This document shows, piece by piece, positions 48,416 through 58,793 of a stretch of DNA of 64,000 nucleotides. Position numbers and translations under genes: made by a program. The notes beneath the pieces were generated by a model. It searched no databases. It was not told the origin of the DNA and was given only the letters and a program-made list of their open reading frames with translations. The stretch lies in assembly GCA_001803165.1 (NCBI GenBank), contig MHAZ01000016.1, forward strand, positions 23,219 to 87,218, in the 5' to 3' direction. How positions within the stretch are numbered: position 1 is the first letter of the stretch; every line of letters begins with the position of its first letter. Source of the stretch: Stygiobacter sp. RIFOXYC2_FULL_38_25 (GTDB taxonomy: Bacteria; Bacteroidota; Ignavibacteria; Ignavibacteriales; Melioribacteraceae).

Positions 48416-51055
48416 CTATTTTACCAACACCAATTTTTTAGTTATTGTTTTTTGGTTAATACTTAGTGTGTATAAATAAACACCGCTGGATAATTTTGAG
48501 TTATGAGTGCTGAATTTTGAGTTATAGTTACCGGGTTGTTTGTACTCATCAACAAGTGCAGCAACTTCATTTCCTAAAACATCAAACACTTTCAGAGTTA
48601 CGTACCCGGGTTCGGGAATTGAATAACTAATCGTCGTAGTTGGATTAAAAGGATTGGGATAGTTTTGCTCAAGAGAAAACTTTGTAGGAATTACTTCCTC
48701 TTCTTCAACAGCGGTAACAATTTCTGATAAAACTCGCTTAAAGACACCAAGCTCGCTTGAGCCGGCAAAAATGTAATTACCAACAATTTCGAGACTCCAA
48801 ACATCAACTGCCGGAAAGTTTGCTTTTATACTTGTCCAGTTAACTCCGGTATCAGTGGATAGAAAAATACCGGCTACTGTTGATGCGAACAGATTTGTGT
48901 TACCGTAAAAAGCCAGAGCCAAAACATTTAGATTAGTGATGCCGGAATTGATTTGCGTCCAGCTGGTGCCGTTATCACTTGAGACGTAAACTCCACCGCC
49001 ATACGTTGCAGCGTAAATCTTATTGTTATTTACTTTAAGAGTTATCACATTTTTTCCTGTAAGTGTGGTTTGTGCCCAGGTAGTTCCATTATTGTTGGAA
49101 ACAAACACACCGGCACTTCCGCTTCCGGCAAAGAGAAGGGCATCCTTAGCTAAAAGTGTGTTAATGTTCTTTTGTGTTAATCCATTGTTAATTGCCGTCC
49201 AGCTTGTACCATTATTTGCAGAAATAAAAACACCATCGCCGTTTGTTCCGGCAAATAAATTTGTTCCGCCTTTTGCTACTGTAAAGACATTTAGATTAGT
49301 AATACCACTGTTAATTTGCTGCCAGGATGTTCCGTTATTATTAGAAGTATAAACTCCGCCACCGGCTGTTGCAGCGTAAATGTTTGTTCCATCGCTTATT
49401 AGTTGAATAACATTAGATGAAATAGAAGTTAGTTTACTCCAATTAGTACCATTATCATTTGTCGAATAAATTCCGGTAGAATAATAGGCCCCGGCTAAAA
49501 TACTGCTTCCAAATTTCAACAAAGTTTTAACTCCTGTGTTTGGAGGGTCGCCTGCTGTTTTATTTGGTCCGGTAGTCTGAACCCATTGTGTATTAGTAAG
49601 TGTTTTTAACGAGGTAATATTTGAATTGGGACCGGCTGAACCGTTATAAGCTCTTACTCGATAAAAATAATCAGTGTTGGGTTGCAAGCCATAAATTGTT
49701 ATAGTAGTTAAATTGCCCACATCTTTATTTTCATAACCGCTTACAAAGTTTGTAAAGCTGCTATTCGCAGAGACATCAATAAAATATTTAGTAGCTCCTG
49801 TTACTGCATTCCAGCCTGCTCTAAAATTTGTTTGGGTAATTAAAGCTGCGCTTAATGCGGTTGGTGCAGCAAGAGTAGTAACTGCTGTTATAGTATTGGA
49901 AACTGCTCCTTCATTGCGTTGGTTATATGCCCTAAGTCTGTAGTAGTAGGTTGTTCCAGGTGTTAGTCCGGTAATTGAGTAACTAGTTACATTTCCAACA
50001 TCTTTTTTTTGATAACCGGTTAAGTATGTATTGAATGTAGATGAAGTAGAAACATCTAACGAATAACCGGTAACATTACTCATACTATTCCATTTTGCAG
50101 AGAAACCATTTTCCGTTATAGAAACCGGATTAACGGCAACAGGTGCAACCGGCACATTTACTAAAAAATCTGATACAGCACGCTTAAAAACTCCGCTGCC
50201 GGTTGCAATAAAATATTCACCATTTATTTCCGCCATTCCATAGACATAATAATTTGTTAATCTGAAATCATCATTTTGCCAGTTTGAGCCATTATTAGAA
50301 GATGACCTTAAACTAAGCCCCTCCCCGCCGGAGAAAAGTGAATTACCGGATTTATACATAAAACGATAGCTTTCTTGCATCCCGTCAACAGCAGTCCAAC
50401 TATCACCATTATTGGTGGACCTATACAATCCTCCCGGATTTACCCAAATCCAGATATTTTGATTTTCCGAATACAACGGACGTAAATTTTTATCTGCTGG
50501 TATTCCGTTGTTTTTTAGAATCCAGCTATCTCCATTATCTTCAGATATAAACAAACCGCTTTGCTGCGTTCCCACAATAACTTTTGAACCAATGGAAAAT
50601 ATTCCCAAACCTCGTGTATCTGTTATCCCATTATTTTTAATTCCCCATGTTGTTCCGTTATCAGACGAACGAGACACACCGCCTCCGTATATAGCAAGGT
50701 AAATGTACTGCCCGCTAATACTTAGTCCATAATCCTGGTCAAGGTGAACCTTTCCCCAGATGCTGCCGTTATCCAGTGAACGGTAAAGCCCATTGCTAAC
50801 ATTAATGAAGAGTGCGCTGCCGGAAGATTTTATAGAATAAGGGATTGGATTTGGGGAAGATATTGCATACTGAGTCCAGGTAATTCCATTATCATTAGAC
50901 TCGTACACTCCATCGGAATAGGTAGCAACATAAATCTTGTTATTGTGGATGCAAATATCGCGGCATGATTTGCCATCCAAACCAACTTTTTGCCATTGAG
51001 CTTGAATACTTGAATAACTGACGACAACAAAGCATAGTAGAATTAACTTTTTCAT
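48416..51055 (-). CDS. T9SS-sorted protein: BNR propeller, 2x FN3, BNR propeller, CTD
   Basis: Repeats SNDNGITW, SSDNGTTW, SANNGTSW; FN3 LTPGTTYYYRLRAYN and LQPNTDYFYRVRAYN; CTD QNYPNPFNPTTTISY...SGVYLY...KKLVLVK. Confidence 0.85.
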   Translation of the reverse strand: MKKLILLCFVVVSYSSIQAQWQKVGLDGKSCRDICIHNNKIYVATYSDGVYESNDNGITWTQYAISSPNPIPYSIKSSGSALFINVSNGLYRSLDNGSIWGKVHLDQDYGLSISGQYIYLAIYGGGVSRSSDNGTTWGIKNNGITDTRGLGIFSIGSKVIVGTQQSGLFISEDNGDSWILKNNGIPADKNLRPLYSENQNIWIWVNPGGLYRSTNNGDSWTAVDGMQESYRFMYKSGNSLFSGGEGLSLRSSSNNGSNWQNDDFRLTNYYVYGMAEINGEYFIATGSGVFKRAVSDFLVNVPVAPVAVNPVSITENGFSAKWNSMSNVTGYSLDVSTSSTFNTYLTGYQKKDVGNVTSYSITGLTPGTTYYYRLRAYNQRNEGAVSNTITAVTTLAAPTALSAALITQTNFRAGWNAVTGATKYFIDVSANSSFTNFVSGYENKDVGNLTTITIYGLQPNTDYFYRVRAYNGSAGPNSNITSLKTLTNTQWVQTTGPNKTAGDPPNTGVKTLLKFGSSILAGAYYSTGIYSTNDNGTNWSKLTSISSNVIQLISDGTNIYAATAGGGVYTSNNNGTSWQQINSGITNLNVFTVAKGGTNLFAGTNGDGVFISANNGTSWTAINNGLTQKNINTLLAKDALLFAGSGSAGVFVSNNNGTTWAQTTLTGKNVITLKVNNNKIYAATYGGGVYVSSDNGTSWTQINSGITNLNVLALAFYGNTNLFASTVAGIFLSTDTGVNWTSIKANFPAVDVWSLEIVGNYIFAGSSELGVFKRVLSEIVTAVEEEEVIPTKFSLEQNYPNPFNPTTTISYSIPEPGYVTLKVFDVLGNEVAALVDEYKQPGNYNSKFSTHNSKLSSGVYLYTLSINQKTITKKLVLVK
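48491..48526 (-). repeat. Five-unit heptamer array in frame in a T9SS CTD (encodes YNSKFSTHNSKL)
   Basis: Minus strand TATAACT CAAAATT CAGCACT CATAACT CAAAATT; 13-nt direct repeat AATTTTGAGTTAT at 48492 and 48513. Confidence 0.7.
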
Positions 51056-51066
51056 GATTCCCTCAT

Positions 51067-51429
51067 TTATTGTGTTTGTATATATTTCTTAATGATTGAT
51101 GGGATAGCGCTTAAATTCTCTTTGTTGAAATATTCAATAGCTCCGCAAGCGAATGCCTCTCGCTTATATTCTTCTTCAGGATACTGAGATACAATAATGA
51201 TTTTTGCTTGAGGGTTCATCGAAATTATTTTTCGTGTAGCAACCAATCCGTCTATTGGAGTCATTACAATATCCATCAAAACTAAATCCGGTCTCTTCTT
51301 TTGAAAGATAGATATTGCATCTTCGCCATCAATAGCCTCGAGTAACTCCACTTTCATTTGGGCGTTAAGTAGAATTTTCTTGATCAACTCTCTTACATTT
51401 TTATTATCGTCAGCTATCAAAACTTTCAA
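51067..51429 (-). CDS. Single-domain response regulator (receiver only)
   Basis: VLIADDN, DLVLMDIVM, VSQY, FNKEN. TTG start. Confidence 0.9.
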   Translation of the reverse strand: MKVLIADDNKNVRELIKKILLNAQMKVELLEAIDGEDAISIFQKKRPDLVLMDIVMTPIDGLVATRKIISMNPQAKIIIVSQYPEEEYKREAFACGAIEYFNKENLSAIPSIIKKYIQTQ

Positions 51430-51492
51430 TTAATGCTTCCATTAGAAGTCGAGTGAAACCTAACTCACTAATAATTGTTAACAAATAGAGGA

Positions 51493-51517
51493 TTGTACTC
51501 AATTTTTCTGAGTACAA
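51493..51517. promoter_or_regulatory. Candidate NarL/LuxR-type operator
   Basis: Perfect 9-bp inverted repeat TTGTACTCA-N7-TGAGTACAA in the 128-nt gap between the NarL gene and the receiver/T9SS genes. Confidence 0.5.
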
Positions 51518-51557
51518 GTACTTAACTGAATTTAGAACGATGAGGTAATTTGTTTAG

Positions 51558-52214
51558 CTATTGTAGGCGGGTTTTGTGTTCAATTGCGAACAAAAGAAGT
51601 TTGTGATGACCGGATAGCCCAAGTTTGTGAGTTATATTATTCCTATGATTTTGCACTGTTCTAAAGCTTAAGAACATTTCGTCGGCTATCTGTTGACTGG
51701 TTTTGTTATCTGATAGTAATCTTAATATTTGTTTCTCAGTGCAAGTTAAAGTTTCAACTTGCGGTTGAATATTATCAGAGGCAGTTACCTTTTTCCTATT
51801 CTTAATGAATTGCTCTGAAAGTTCTTGACTGATATATAAACCACCTTGAACCACAATATTAATACAATCAACAATCTCTCTAGCCGTGGAGTCTTTTAGC
51901 AAATAACCTTTAACACCATTTTCCATAGCTTCGTCGAGATATTCTTCATCATTGTACATTGTTAATATGATAGGCAGTGTACTTACTTTTTCCGAATTAA
52001 GAGATTTTACAATTTCTAATCCGGAGAGCCCGGGCATAGAAATATCAAGTAATGCTACATTCGGTTGTAGTTTTTTGATTTGCTCGAGAGCATCTTTACC
52101 GTTACCGGAGGTGCCGCAAATTTTAAAACTACCTTCCCGTTCAATAATCTTTATCAACCCTTCTCTGAATACGGGGTGATCATCTGCAAAAAATATTTTT
52201 ACTTGCCGGTTCAT
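51558..52214 (-). CDS. NarL/LuxR-family DNA-binding response regulator
   Basis: FFADDH, ALLDISMP, ILTMY, LLKDS; HTH LTCTEKQIL...IADEMFLSFRTVQNHRNNI. Confidence 0.93.
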   Translation of the reverse strand: MNRQVKIFFADDHPVFREGLIKIIEREGSFKICGTSGNGKDALEQIKKLQPNVALLDISMPGLSGLEIVKSLNSEKVSTLPIILTMYNDEEYLDEAMENGVKGYLLKDSTAREIVDCINIVVQGGLYISQELSEQFIKNRKKVTASDNIQPQVETLTCTEKQILRLLSDNKTSQQIADEMFLSFRTVQNHRNNITHKLGLSGHHKLLLFAIEHKTRLQ

Positions 52215-55200
52215 TTATTAATATCAATAGTAATTGTAATCTTAGTTCCTTTCCCTTTGCCGGAAGAAATATTTAAGACGCCATTCAGTAATCTGACCCT
52301 TTCTGATATGCTTTTAAGACCAAGACCTTCTCTAAATTTTTGTTCCATTTCCTTCTCATCTAAATCGAACCCCTTTCCATTATCTTCGATACAGATATAA
52401 ATCTGATGCATACTACTTGTTAATTCAAATTTAGCGGTTTTTGCTTCTGCGTGCTTAATTATATTGTTAAACGATTCTTGAACTATGCGATAAATATTGA
52501 TTTCCTTTTCAATCGGAAGTTTACCGCTCACATCATCAATCTGCGAAATAATTTCAATGATCCCAGACTGCGAAATTTTGTTTAACAAAGCTTTTAGTGC
52601 CTTACTTAGTCCAAGCCTTTCCAGCTGATGTGGGTGTAAGTCTGATGATATTTCTTTTACTTCAGCTATAGATTCCTTAATCAGTTGCGAAATATTCGCC
52701 AGCTCAGAATCATCTTTAGTCTGGGAATCTTGGTAAATATCTATTTGATTCTTTATTACCAACAGGTTTTGTCCAAGGCTATCGTGCAATTCATGCGATA
52801 ATCTTTTCCTCTCCTTTTCCTGTGTTTCAATTAGAAGTTTCGAGAATAAATTCTGGCGCTCTTTTTCGTTTTTAAGTCTCCTAATTTTTGAATTAATTGT
52901 AAAGTAGAGAGCAGTAAAAACGGATAACAAAATTATAAAGCGGAAATAATTGTTTTGCCAAAAAGGAGGTTCAACTGTAATGCTTATTACTGCAGCTTTG
53001 TAATTCCACAAGCCATCATTGTTGGAACCTATGACCTTCAATTTGTACTTACCAACCGGTAAATTTGCAAAGGTAATTTCATTTTTATTCCCGAGAGAAG
53101 TCCATTTGTCATCTATGCCTTCGAGAATATATTTATATTCATTTTTTTCAGTATGTATGTAGTTAAGAGCAGCAAAACTTACATTGATATTTCTCTCACC
53201 GTAACCCAGAGACAATTCTTTTACATTACTTATATCAGTTTGCGGTCGGAATTCTTCACCAAATATTTTTAGTGATGTGAATTGAAGTGACGGAATGAGT
53301 TTGTTAACATATAAATCGTCCGGATGAAAAGTCAGATAACCGGAGTTGCCGCCAAAATAGAGATGTCCGCTTTCATCAGCAGTTGCTTCACCAAAATAGA
53401 ATTCAAATCCGTCCACCTCTTCAGTCATAGAATATAGTTTCACTTGGTTTGTACTTGGGACAAATGAACAAATTGCAGACTTATTAGTTGAAAACCACAG
53501 AGTTCCGCTCCTATCCATTGTCATTGTAAATGCGCCATACTTGCGTTCATTTAATTTCACTTCAACGGAATACTTTCCTTCTTTCGAAGTACTAACTTTA
53601 GCTAACCCAGAGAAATGACTAAACCAAATATTATTTTGTTTATCAAGTACAATGCTGGTAGGAACATTTGCCGGACTCGCTAAATTCTTGTTATCCGAAT
53701 AGATCATTTCAAAAGTATTTGAAGTGTGGTTAAATCTTTGTAGTCCCTTCGATGTGCCTAACCAAACTGATCCGCTCGAATCGCAAACTATTGCATCAAT
53801 AAAATCACTTGCGATATGGTTTTCATTATTACCTTCCGTAGTAAAACGGGTAAATTTAATTTTTCCCAACGACTTATCTGCTGAACGAATTAAATTTAGA
53901 CTGCCGTTCCAAGTAGAAATCCATAAATTGCCTTGAAGGTCAGCAGCAAAATCTCGAATAAAATTGCTGCTAATGCTATTTTTATTACTCTCATCATTAT
54001 AAAAATTATCAAAACGTATTGCATCGCCAGGCGTAAAATTTTTCGGCAAAATAAATCGGCTTATTCCTCCTCCCCAGGTCCCAACCCACCATGTATCTCC
54101 ATCGGAAAAAAACTTAATGACTTCTTCATTTGAATGTTGCGGAAATGACTTTGGTAAACTGTAATGATAAAATCTTTCCCCGCTTTTCTTTTTAACATTG
54201 ATACCCTTTGAAGTTGCAACCCAAAGGTTCCCATATTTATCAGTATAGCATTGGCTCACCCGATTACTAGACAAAGTATGCGGGAGATGCAAATTTTGCG
54301 AGACCTTAATAAATCTCTCCGGTCTGATGTTCAACTTTCCAACTCCGCCGGATGTACAAACCCAAAGTATGTTTTGAGAGTCAATCGAGAGATGATTAAT
54401 TGAATTATTTTGAATTGAATATTGGTCCAAAGGATTATTCACAAATCTTTGAATTTCGTTTTTACGGAAATTTAGGTTAGCTAAACCATCCAAAGTACCT
54501 ACCCACAAAATCGAATCATTCTGAGGATATAACGCAGTCACTCTATCACTTGGCAAAGAATTATTTTGATAAGCTAAATTGCGCCATGCGAAGTGAGTGT
54601 AATCCTTTGTATTTATTTTTATCAATCCTTCACCACCGGTTGCAACAAAAACATCATCTGAATTTGGATAAGAATAGAAAGCATTAACCTGCTGATACTT
54701 TGGGATTATGCCCTTCAAATTGTTTTTGAGATACTTCAGTGACTTACAGTCAAACCTCAATATTCCTCGGCTTAACATTCCCAACCAGAGAACACCATTT
54801 CTATCTATATAAATTGTACTAACTCTGTCCGACACCGTCTCGTTTTTACTTTGTTCCGGGACTAAGTATTCTCCAATAACTTCCAAATTTAATTTTGTAT
54901 GGATAATTCCCCGTTCAGTTGATAACCAATATGTATTGTCACCATCGTTTTTCACAATACATGTCAGTCCGCGCTCGCGTAGAGCGAAATTATTCTTACT
55001 TAAATTGGAAAATCTACCGCTACGATAATCATAACAATATAACTGACCGGAATAGCTAAGAAAAAATAATTGGTTCTGTGAGTGTTGAAAGATTTGAAAG
55101 AATATACTTTCTTCTAAACCATTTTGTGCCTTGTTCTCATCATTAAATACCGTAAACCGAACTCCGTCGTATCTGCATATTCCATCATCGGTAGTAAACC

Positions 55201-55357
55201 AAATAAATCCCTTAGAATCTTTTAGAGTGTAATGAACTACATTAGATACAAGCCCATTTCTCGTAGTTAAATTTCTAATTTTTATCTGTGGGATAATTGA
55301 AAGATTTGAGAGGAGCAAAAGCATGAGTATAAGTAACATATTTGCCCGGCTTGCCAT
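52211..55357 (-). CDS. Sensor histidine kinase: Reg_prop beta-propellers, Y_Y_Y, TM, HisKA_3/HATPase
   Basis: NGLVSNVV, LWVGTLDGL repeats, YKYILEGIDDKW, ERKRLSHELHDSLGQ, QESFNNIIKH, EDNGKGF, GLGL. Overlaps the RR start by 4 nt. Confidence 0.92.
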   Translation of the reverse strand: MASRANMLLILMLLLLSNLSIIPQIKIRNLTTRNGLVSNVVHYTLKDSKGFIWFTTDDGICRYDGVRFTVFNDENKAQNGLEESIFFQIFQHSQNQLFFLSYSGQLYCYDYRSGRFSNLSKNNFALRERGLTCIVKNDGDNTYWLSTERGIIHTKLNLEVIGEYLVPEQSKNETVSDRVSTIYIDRNGVLWLGMLSRGILRFDCKSLKYLKNNLKGIIPKYQQVNAFYSYPNSDDVFVATGGEGLIKINTKDYTHFAWRNLAYQNNSLPSDRVTALYPQNDSILWVGTLDGLANLNFRKNEIQRFVNNPLDQYSIQNNSINHLSIDSQNILWVCTSGGVGKLNIRPERFIKVSQNLHLPHTLSSNRVSQCYTDKYGNLWVATSKGINVKKKSGERFYHYSLPKSFPQHSNEEVIKFFSDGDTWWVGTWGGGISRFILPKNFTPGDAIRFDNFYNDESNKNSISSNFIRDFAADLQGNLWISTWNGSLNLIRSADKSLGKIKFTRFTTEGNNENHIASDFIDAIVCDSSGSVWLGTSKGLQRFNHTSNTFEMIYSDNKNLASPANVPTSIVLDKQNNIWFSHFSGLAKVSTSKEGKYSVEVKLNERKYGAFTMTMDRSGTLWFSTNKSAICSFVPSTNQVKLYSMTEEVDGFEFYFGEATADESGHLYFGGNSGYLTFHPDDLYVNKLIPSLQFTSLKIFGEEFRPQTDISNVKELSLGYGERNINVSFAALNYIHTEKNEYKYILEGIDDKWTSLGNKNEITFANLPVGKYKLKVIGSNNDGLWNYKAAVISITVEPPFWQNNYFRFIILLSVFTALYFTINSKIRRLKNEKERQNLFSKLLIETQEKERKRLSHELHDSLGQNLLVIKNQIDIYQDSQTKDDSELANISQLIKESIAEVKEISSDLHPHQLERLGLSKALKALLNKISQSGIIEIISQIDDVSGKLPIEKEINIYRIVQESFNNIIKHAEAKTAKFELTSSMHQIYICIEDNGKGFDLDEKEMEQKFREGLGLKSISERVRLLNGVLNISSGKGKGTKITITIDINK

Positions 55358-55627
55358 TACAATCCAACGAAATTAATTATTGACAGTTATAAGACTAATA
55401 TGAACAGTGTAGCAGTTCATTCAAAAACAAAATAGTAAAATCAATCAAAAATATCCTTGCCTGCTGCAGCCTTTACCAAATAAAGTAAATAGACAAGACA
55501 TCATATGCTTTTATATTTTTGATTTGATAAAGAAGTGTAAATTTTGTTTGAACATCCGGAGAGATTACTATGATATATTTATCTCATAAATAATAACGAA
55601 TATTTTTCCCGTTGCGAGAGTCATAAA

Positions 55628-56383
55628 TTATCTAAATAGTTGCTTAATTTTTTCAAACTCACTTTTGGGGAGCTGGATAAGCAAAGGTCGTTTCTTTACG
55701 TCAATCCAATGCAAAAGTTTGAGAAGAGATTCTTCGTTCATAGCAGTGCAGCCAGCAGTTGGTTTTGGTTTTGGACCGGTTAGATGGAAAAAGATACATG
55801 AGCCGCAACCTTTTTCAACCGGAGATGAATTATGGCTTATCACAATTCCATATTTATAATCGGGATCGTCCATATTCTCAGAGCTTCTCCATGTTTTTTT
55901 CTTTTCCAAAGTGTTAACTATTTTGTTGTAGAAATCGGAAGCAGTATCATCAACGCATTCATTCAGTTTAGATATTTGCTGATAAGGAAATTTTAACCAT
56001 TTCAAGCTATCAACAGGTAATAGTCCAAACACATACGGCAAAGAAAAAACTCCTGCCGGTGACCGTTTATCTCCTTCCTTTTTGGTTGGTCCGTTCGACT
56101 CTGAAAAATCAATTAATCCTTTGCCCCATCCTAAACCGGCTTTGCCTAGAAAGACATGAACACCTTCCGAAACCGCTTTGAGCTTTCCTTCACTTCTCTC
56201 GTAATAGCTCATCTCTGCAACCGGCGCGTTCCAATCTTTTGATACGACAATGATTACTTGTTCCGATTTTTGCAGCAGATTTTTCAATTTAACTGAATCT
56301 TGATTAGAAAAATTGCTTGCCAACGGAAGTATTCTACCGCCAAAAACAAGACTGATAATACAGATATATTTAAACGTCTTCAC
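55628..56383 (-). CDS. YkuD-like L,D-transpeptidase family protein
   Basis: KKEGDKRSPAGVF, GSCIFFH...TAGC (His/Cys catalytic motif); N-terminal signal. Confidence 0.8.
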   Translation of the reverse strand: MKTFKYICIISLVFGGRILPLASNFSNQDSVKLKNLLQKSEQVIIVVSKDWNAPVAEMSYYERSEGKLKAVSEGVHVFLGKAGLGWGKGLIDFSESNGPTKKEGDKRSPAGVFSLPYVFGLLPVDSLKWLKFPYQQISKLNECVDDTASDFYNKIVNTLEKKKTWRSSENMDDPDYKYGIVISHNSSPVEKGCGSCIFFHLTGPKPKPTAGCTAMNEESLLKLLHWIDVKKRPLLIQLPKSEFEKIKQLFR

Positions 56384-56530
56384 TTTATGTCCTACTTAAT
56401 TCTTTGGGTTATGTTCAACCGGCTAAATTGATTCCGGCTAGATGCAAAATTTAGGCGCATCAATATTTGGAATTTATAATAAGAAAAATATTACTGATTG
56501 GGATAAGAATAATTTCCGGTAGCTGTAATG

Positions 56531-58570
56531 TTACTTTTTACGAAGTGTAAAAAAGAAAGTTGTTCCTTTTCCAACTTCACTTTCCGCCCATATCTTTCCG
56601 CCGTTACGTGTTATCATTTCCTTGCATAACGAAAGCCCCAGTCCGGTTCCCTCTTCGTTTGCAGTTCCTTTTGTACTTATTGATTTATCCAGATTGAACA
56701 AATTGTCTAAAACATTTTTAGTCATTCCAACGCCTGTATCGGCTATAGAGACTTCTACAAATTCGTCATCAGTTTTCACTCTAATTGAAATACTTCCAGC
56801 CGGATTTGTAAACTTTATTGAGTTGGATACCAGATTTCTAATAATCATTGAAAGCATATTCTTATCAGCATAGACAAAAATAGAATTACCAATTTCATAG
56901 TCTAGAATAATCTGTTTGTTCTGAGCCGTCTGCTTGAGGAGTCCCAAGGTTGGGAAAAGCTCTAACAAGAGATTCAAATTCTCCGGATCAAAAACAATTT
57001 TTCCGGTTTGCAGTCTGGACCATTCAAGTAAATTTTCAAGCAGCTTGAATGAATTCTGGCTTAACTCTTCGATGCTCTTTATAAAAGTGAGTTTCTCTTT
57101 TTCCGTAAGTGTTGTGTATTCCGCAGACAAAATTTGAGAGTAGCCAAGCAACCCTTGATAGGGAGTTTTTAAATCATGAGCTATAATTGAAAAGAATTTG
57201 TCTTTTGTTACAATTGCTTCTTTGAGCTGCCCATTTAGTTTTAACAGTTCCTCTTTTTGCTCTGTTATTTCATTGGAATGCTCAACCAGCAGGGCATTAA
57301 TTTTTCTTTTGGAACGGTAGGCAATTGCAATTGATATTGCCGCTGCTGCAAGCAAAAGGGAAATTGCCAGTAAGAATATTTGTAAATGCCCTTGAATGGT
57401 ATTCTCTTGCTGAAGCATTAGAATTTCTTTTTGCTGTTTCTCATTATTATAAGCTGCCTGATACTCTGCAATCCTTTTGTTTTTCCCTTCATTTATTAAA
57501 GAATCATTAAGGCTCTTCGACTTTTTAAAATATTCGAGTGAAGACTTATAGTCATTCATAGCACTGTAAACATCAGACAATCTGCTAAACGAAACTGCAA
57601 TACCCCGCTTATCGCCAAGCTTCTTTCTCAAAGCCAAAGCCTGGTGCATATACTTAAGACTCTTTTCATATTGCCCCATATTATAATATGTTAAGCCAAT
57701 ACTCGAAGTAGATGAAGCAATGCCTCTCAAGTTTTTCATTTCTTTTTTGATTGCCAGCGAAGCGTTATAATATTTTAAAGCTTCTTCATACTTTCCCGTA
57801 CTACGGTATATCACTGCAAGGTTTCCGTACGATCCGGCTATTCCGAATTTATCATTTTTAGCCTGATTCAGCTCAAGTGATTTCTTAATATGAAAGAGCG
57901 CCCTTCTATAATCTTTTTTACCGATGTAGATAATACCCAAATGCTCGTGAGAAACAGCCATTAGTATTTCATCATTCAATGCCTCATTAAACTGCAAAGC
58001 ACGCCGGGCATTTTCCATTGCTTTATCGGAATTTTTTAGAATATAATGTAGAATAGCCAAAGTGTTATAAGTGCTTCCTAATGCTCGTTTATCGTTCGAA
58101 TTTTCTAGAATACTAAGCGCTTTCAAGCAATTCTCCATCGCCTTTTCGTATTCACCGTGAACGTCGTTTAACTGACTAATTCTATTTAAGCATTTACCAA
58201 CACCGGCTTTATTGTTGATTTTTTTACTTAGCTCGGAGGAAGATTGATAGTATTCCATTGCCTTTGCATAATTGCTCTTAGCTTGATAGGCAACTCCAAC
58301 CAAATAGAGAATTTCTGCTTCCTCTAATTTGTACCCGCCGGTACGGGTAAGCTGAAGAGCCTTTTCTCCATACATTATTGAATTATCCGGCATGGTTCTA
58401 TTATAATGCTGTAGGATCTCAACATAGGAGTAAATTTTTTCCTTCACATCAGTGCTATTTAATCGGGCAAGCATCGAATCCAAATTGGAATCAGCTTGAG
58501 AAAAAGAAATCCTTGCGAAAGAAAGGAAAAGGAGTACCGATATTGAAAGCGAAATTGTTTTATTCAGCAT
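56531..58570 (-). CDS. TPR-repeat periplasmic sensor histidine kinase (orphan)
   Basis: Signal peptide, about 7 TPRs, one TM, IIAHDLKTP, RNLVSNSIKFT, DTGVG, GTGLGL. Confidence 0.9.
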   Translation of the reverse strand: MLNKTISLSISVLLFLSFARISFSQADSNLDSMLARLNSTDVKEKIYSYVEILQHYNRTMPDNSIMYGEKALQLTRTGGYKLEEAEILYLVGVAYQAKSNYAKAMEYYQSSSELSKKINNKAGVGKCLNRISQLNDVHGEYEKAMENCLKALSILENSNDKRALGSTYNTLAILHYILKNSDKAMENARRALQFNEALNDEILMAVSHEHLGIIYIGKKDYRRALFHIKKSLELNQAKNDKFGIAGSYGNLAVIYRSTGKYEEALKYYNASLAIKKEMKNLRGIASSTSSIGLTYYNMGQYEKSLKYMHQALALRKKLGDKRGIAVSFSRLSDVYSAMNDYKSSLEYFKKSKSLNDSLINEGKNKRIAEYQAAYNNEKQQKEILMLQQENTIQGHLQIFLLAISLLLAAAAISIAIAYRSKRKINALLVEHSNEITEQKEELLKLNGQLKEAIVTKDKFFSIIAHDLKTPYQGLLGYSQILSAEYTTLTEKEKLTFIKSIEELSQNSFKLLENLLEWSRLQTGKIVFDPENLNLLLELFPTLGLLKQTAQNKQIILDYEIGNSIFVYADKNMLSMIIRNLVSNSIKFTNPAGSISIRVKTDDEFVEVSIADTGVGMTKNVLDNLFNLDKSISTKGTANEEGTGLGLSLCKEMITRNGGKIWAESEVGKGTTFFFTLRKK

Positions 58571-58793
58571 TAATTTTTACCAATTTTATATACTAATCCA
58601 ATACTATAATCGCATTTCTCAGTCAAAATATTAGGGACAAATACTAAAATGATAAATGCTTTTACAAGCTTATAAAGCAACTGAAGAAGCATCGAACTGA
58701 CTCCTTTAAGATCATTTAAATAGGCTGCGCCGAATGTCTATTATAGTTCTTTTGAATAATAACTTTCAGTATGCTCTAGCTCATTTACCAATG

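Noticed and set aside
55358-55627. 270-nt intergenic region as a possible riboswitch or sRNA
   Set aside because: No recognisable aptamer motif or stable stem by eye; an Rfam scan would be needed.
58571-58793. Intergenic gap between the ADH and the TPR kinase
   Set aside because: AT-rich with no convincing repeat, terminator or ORF.
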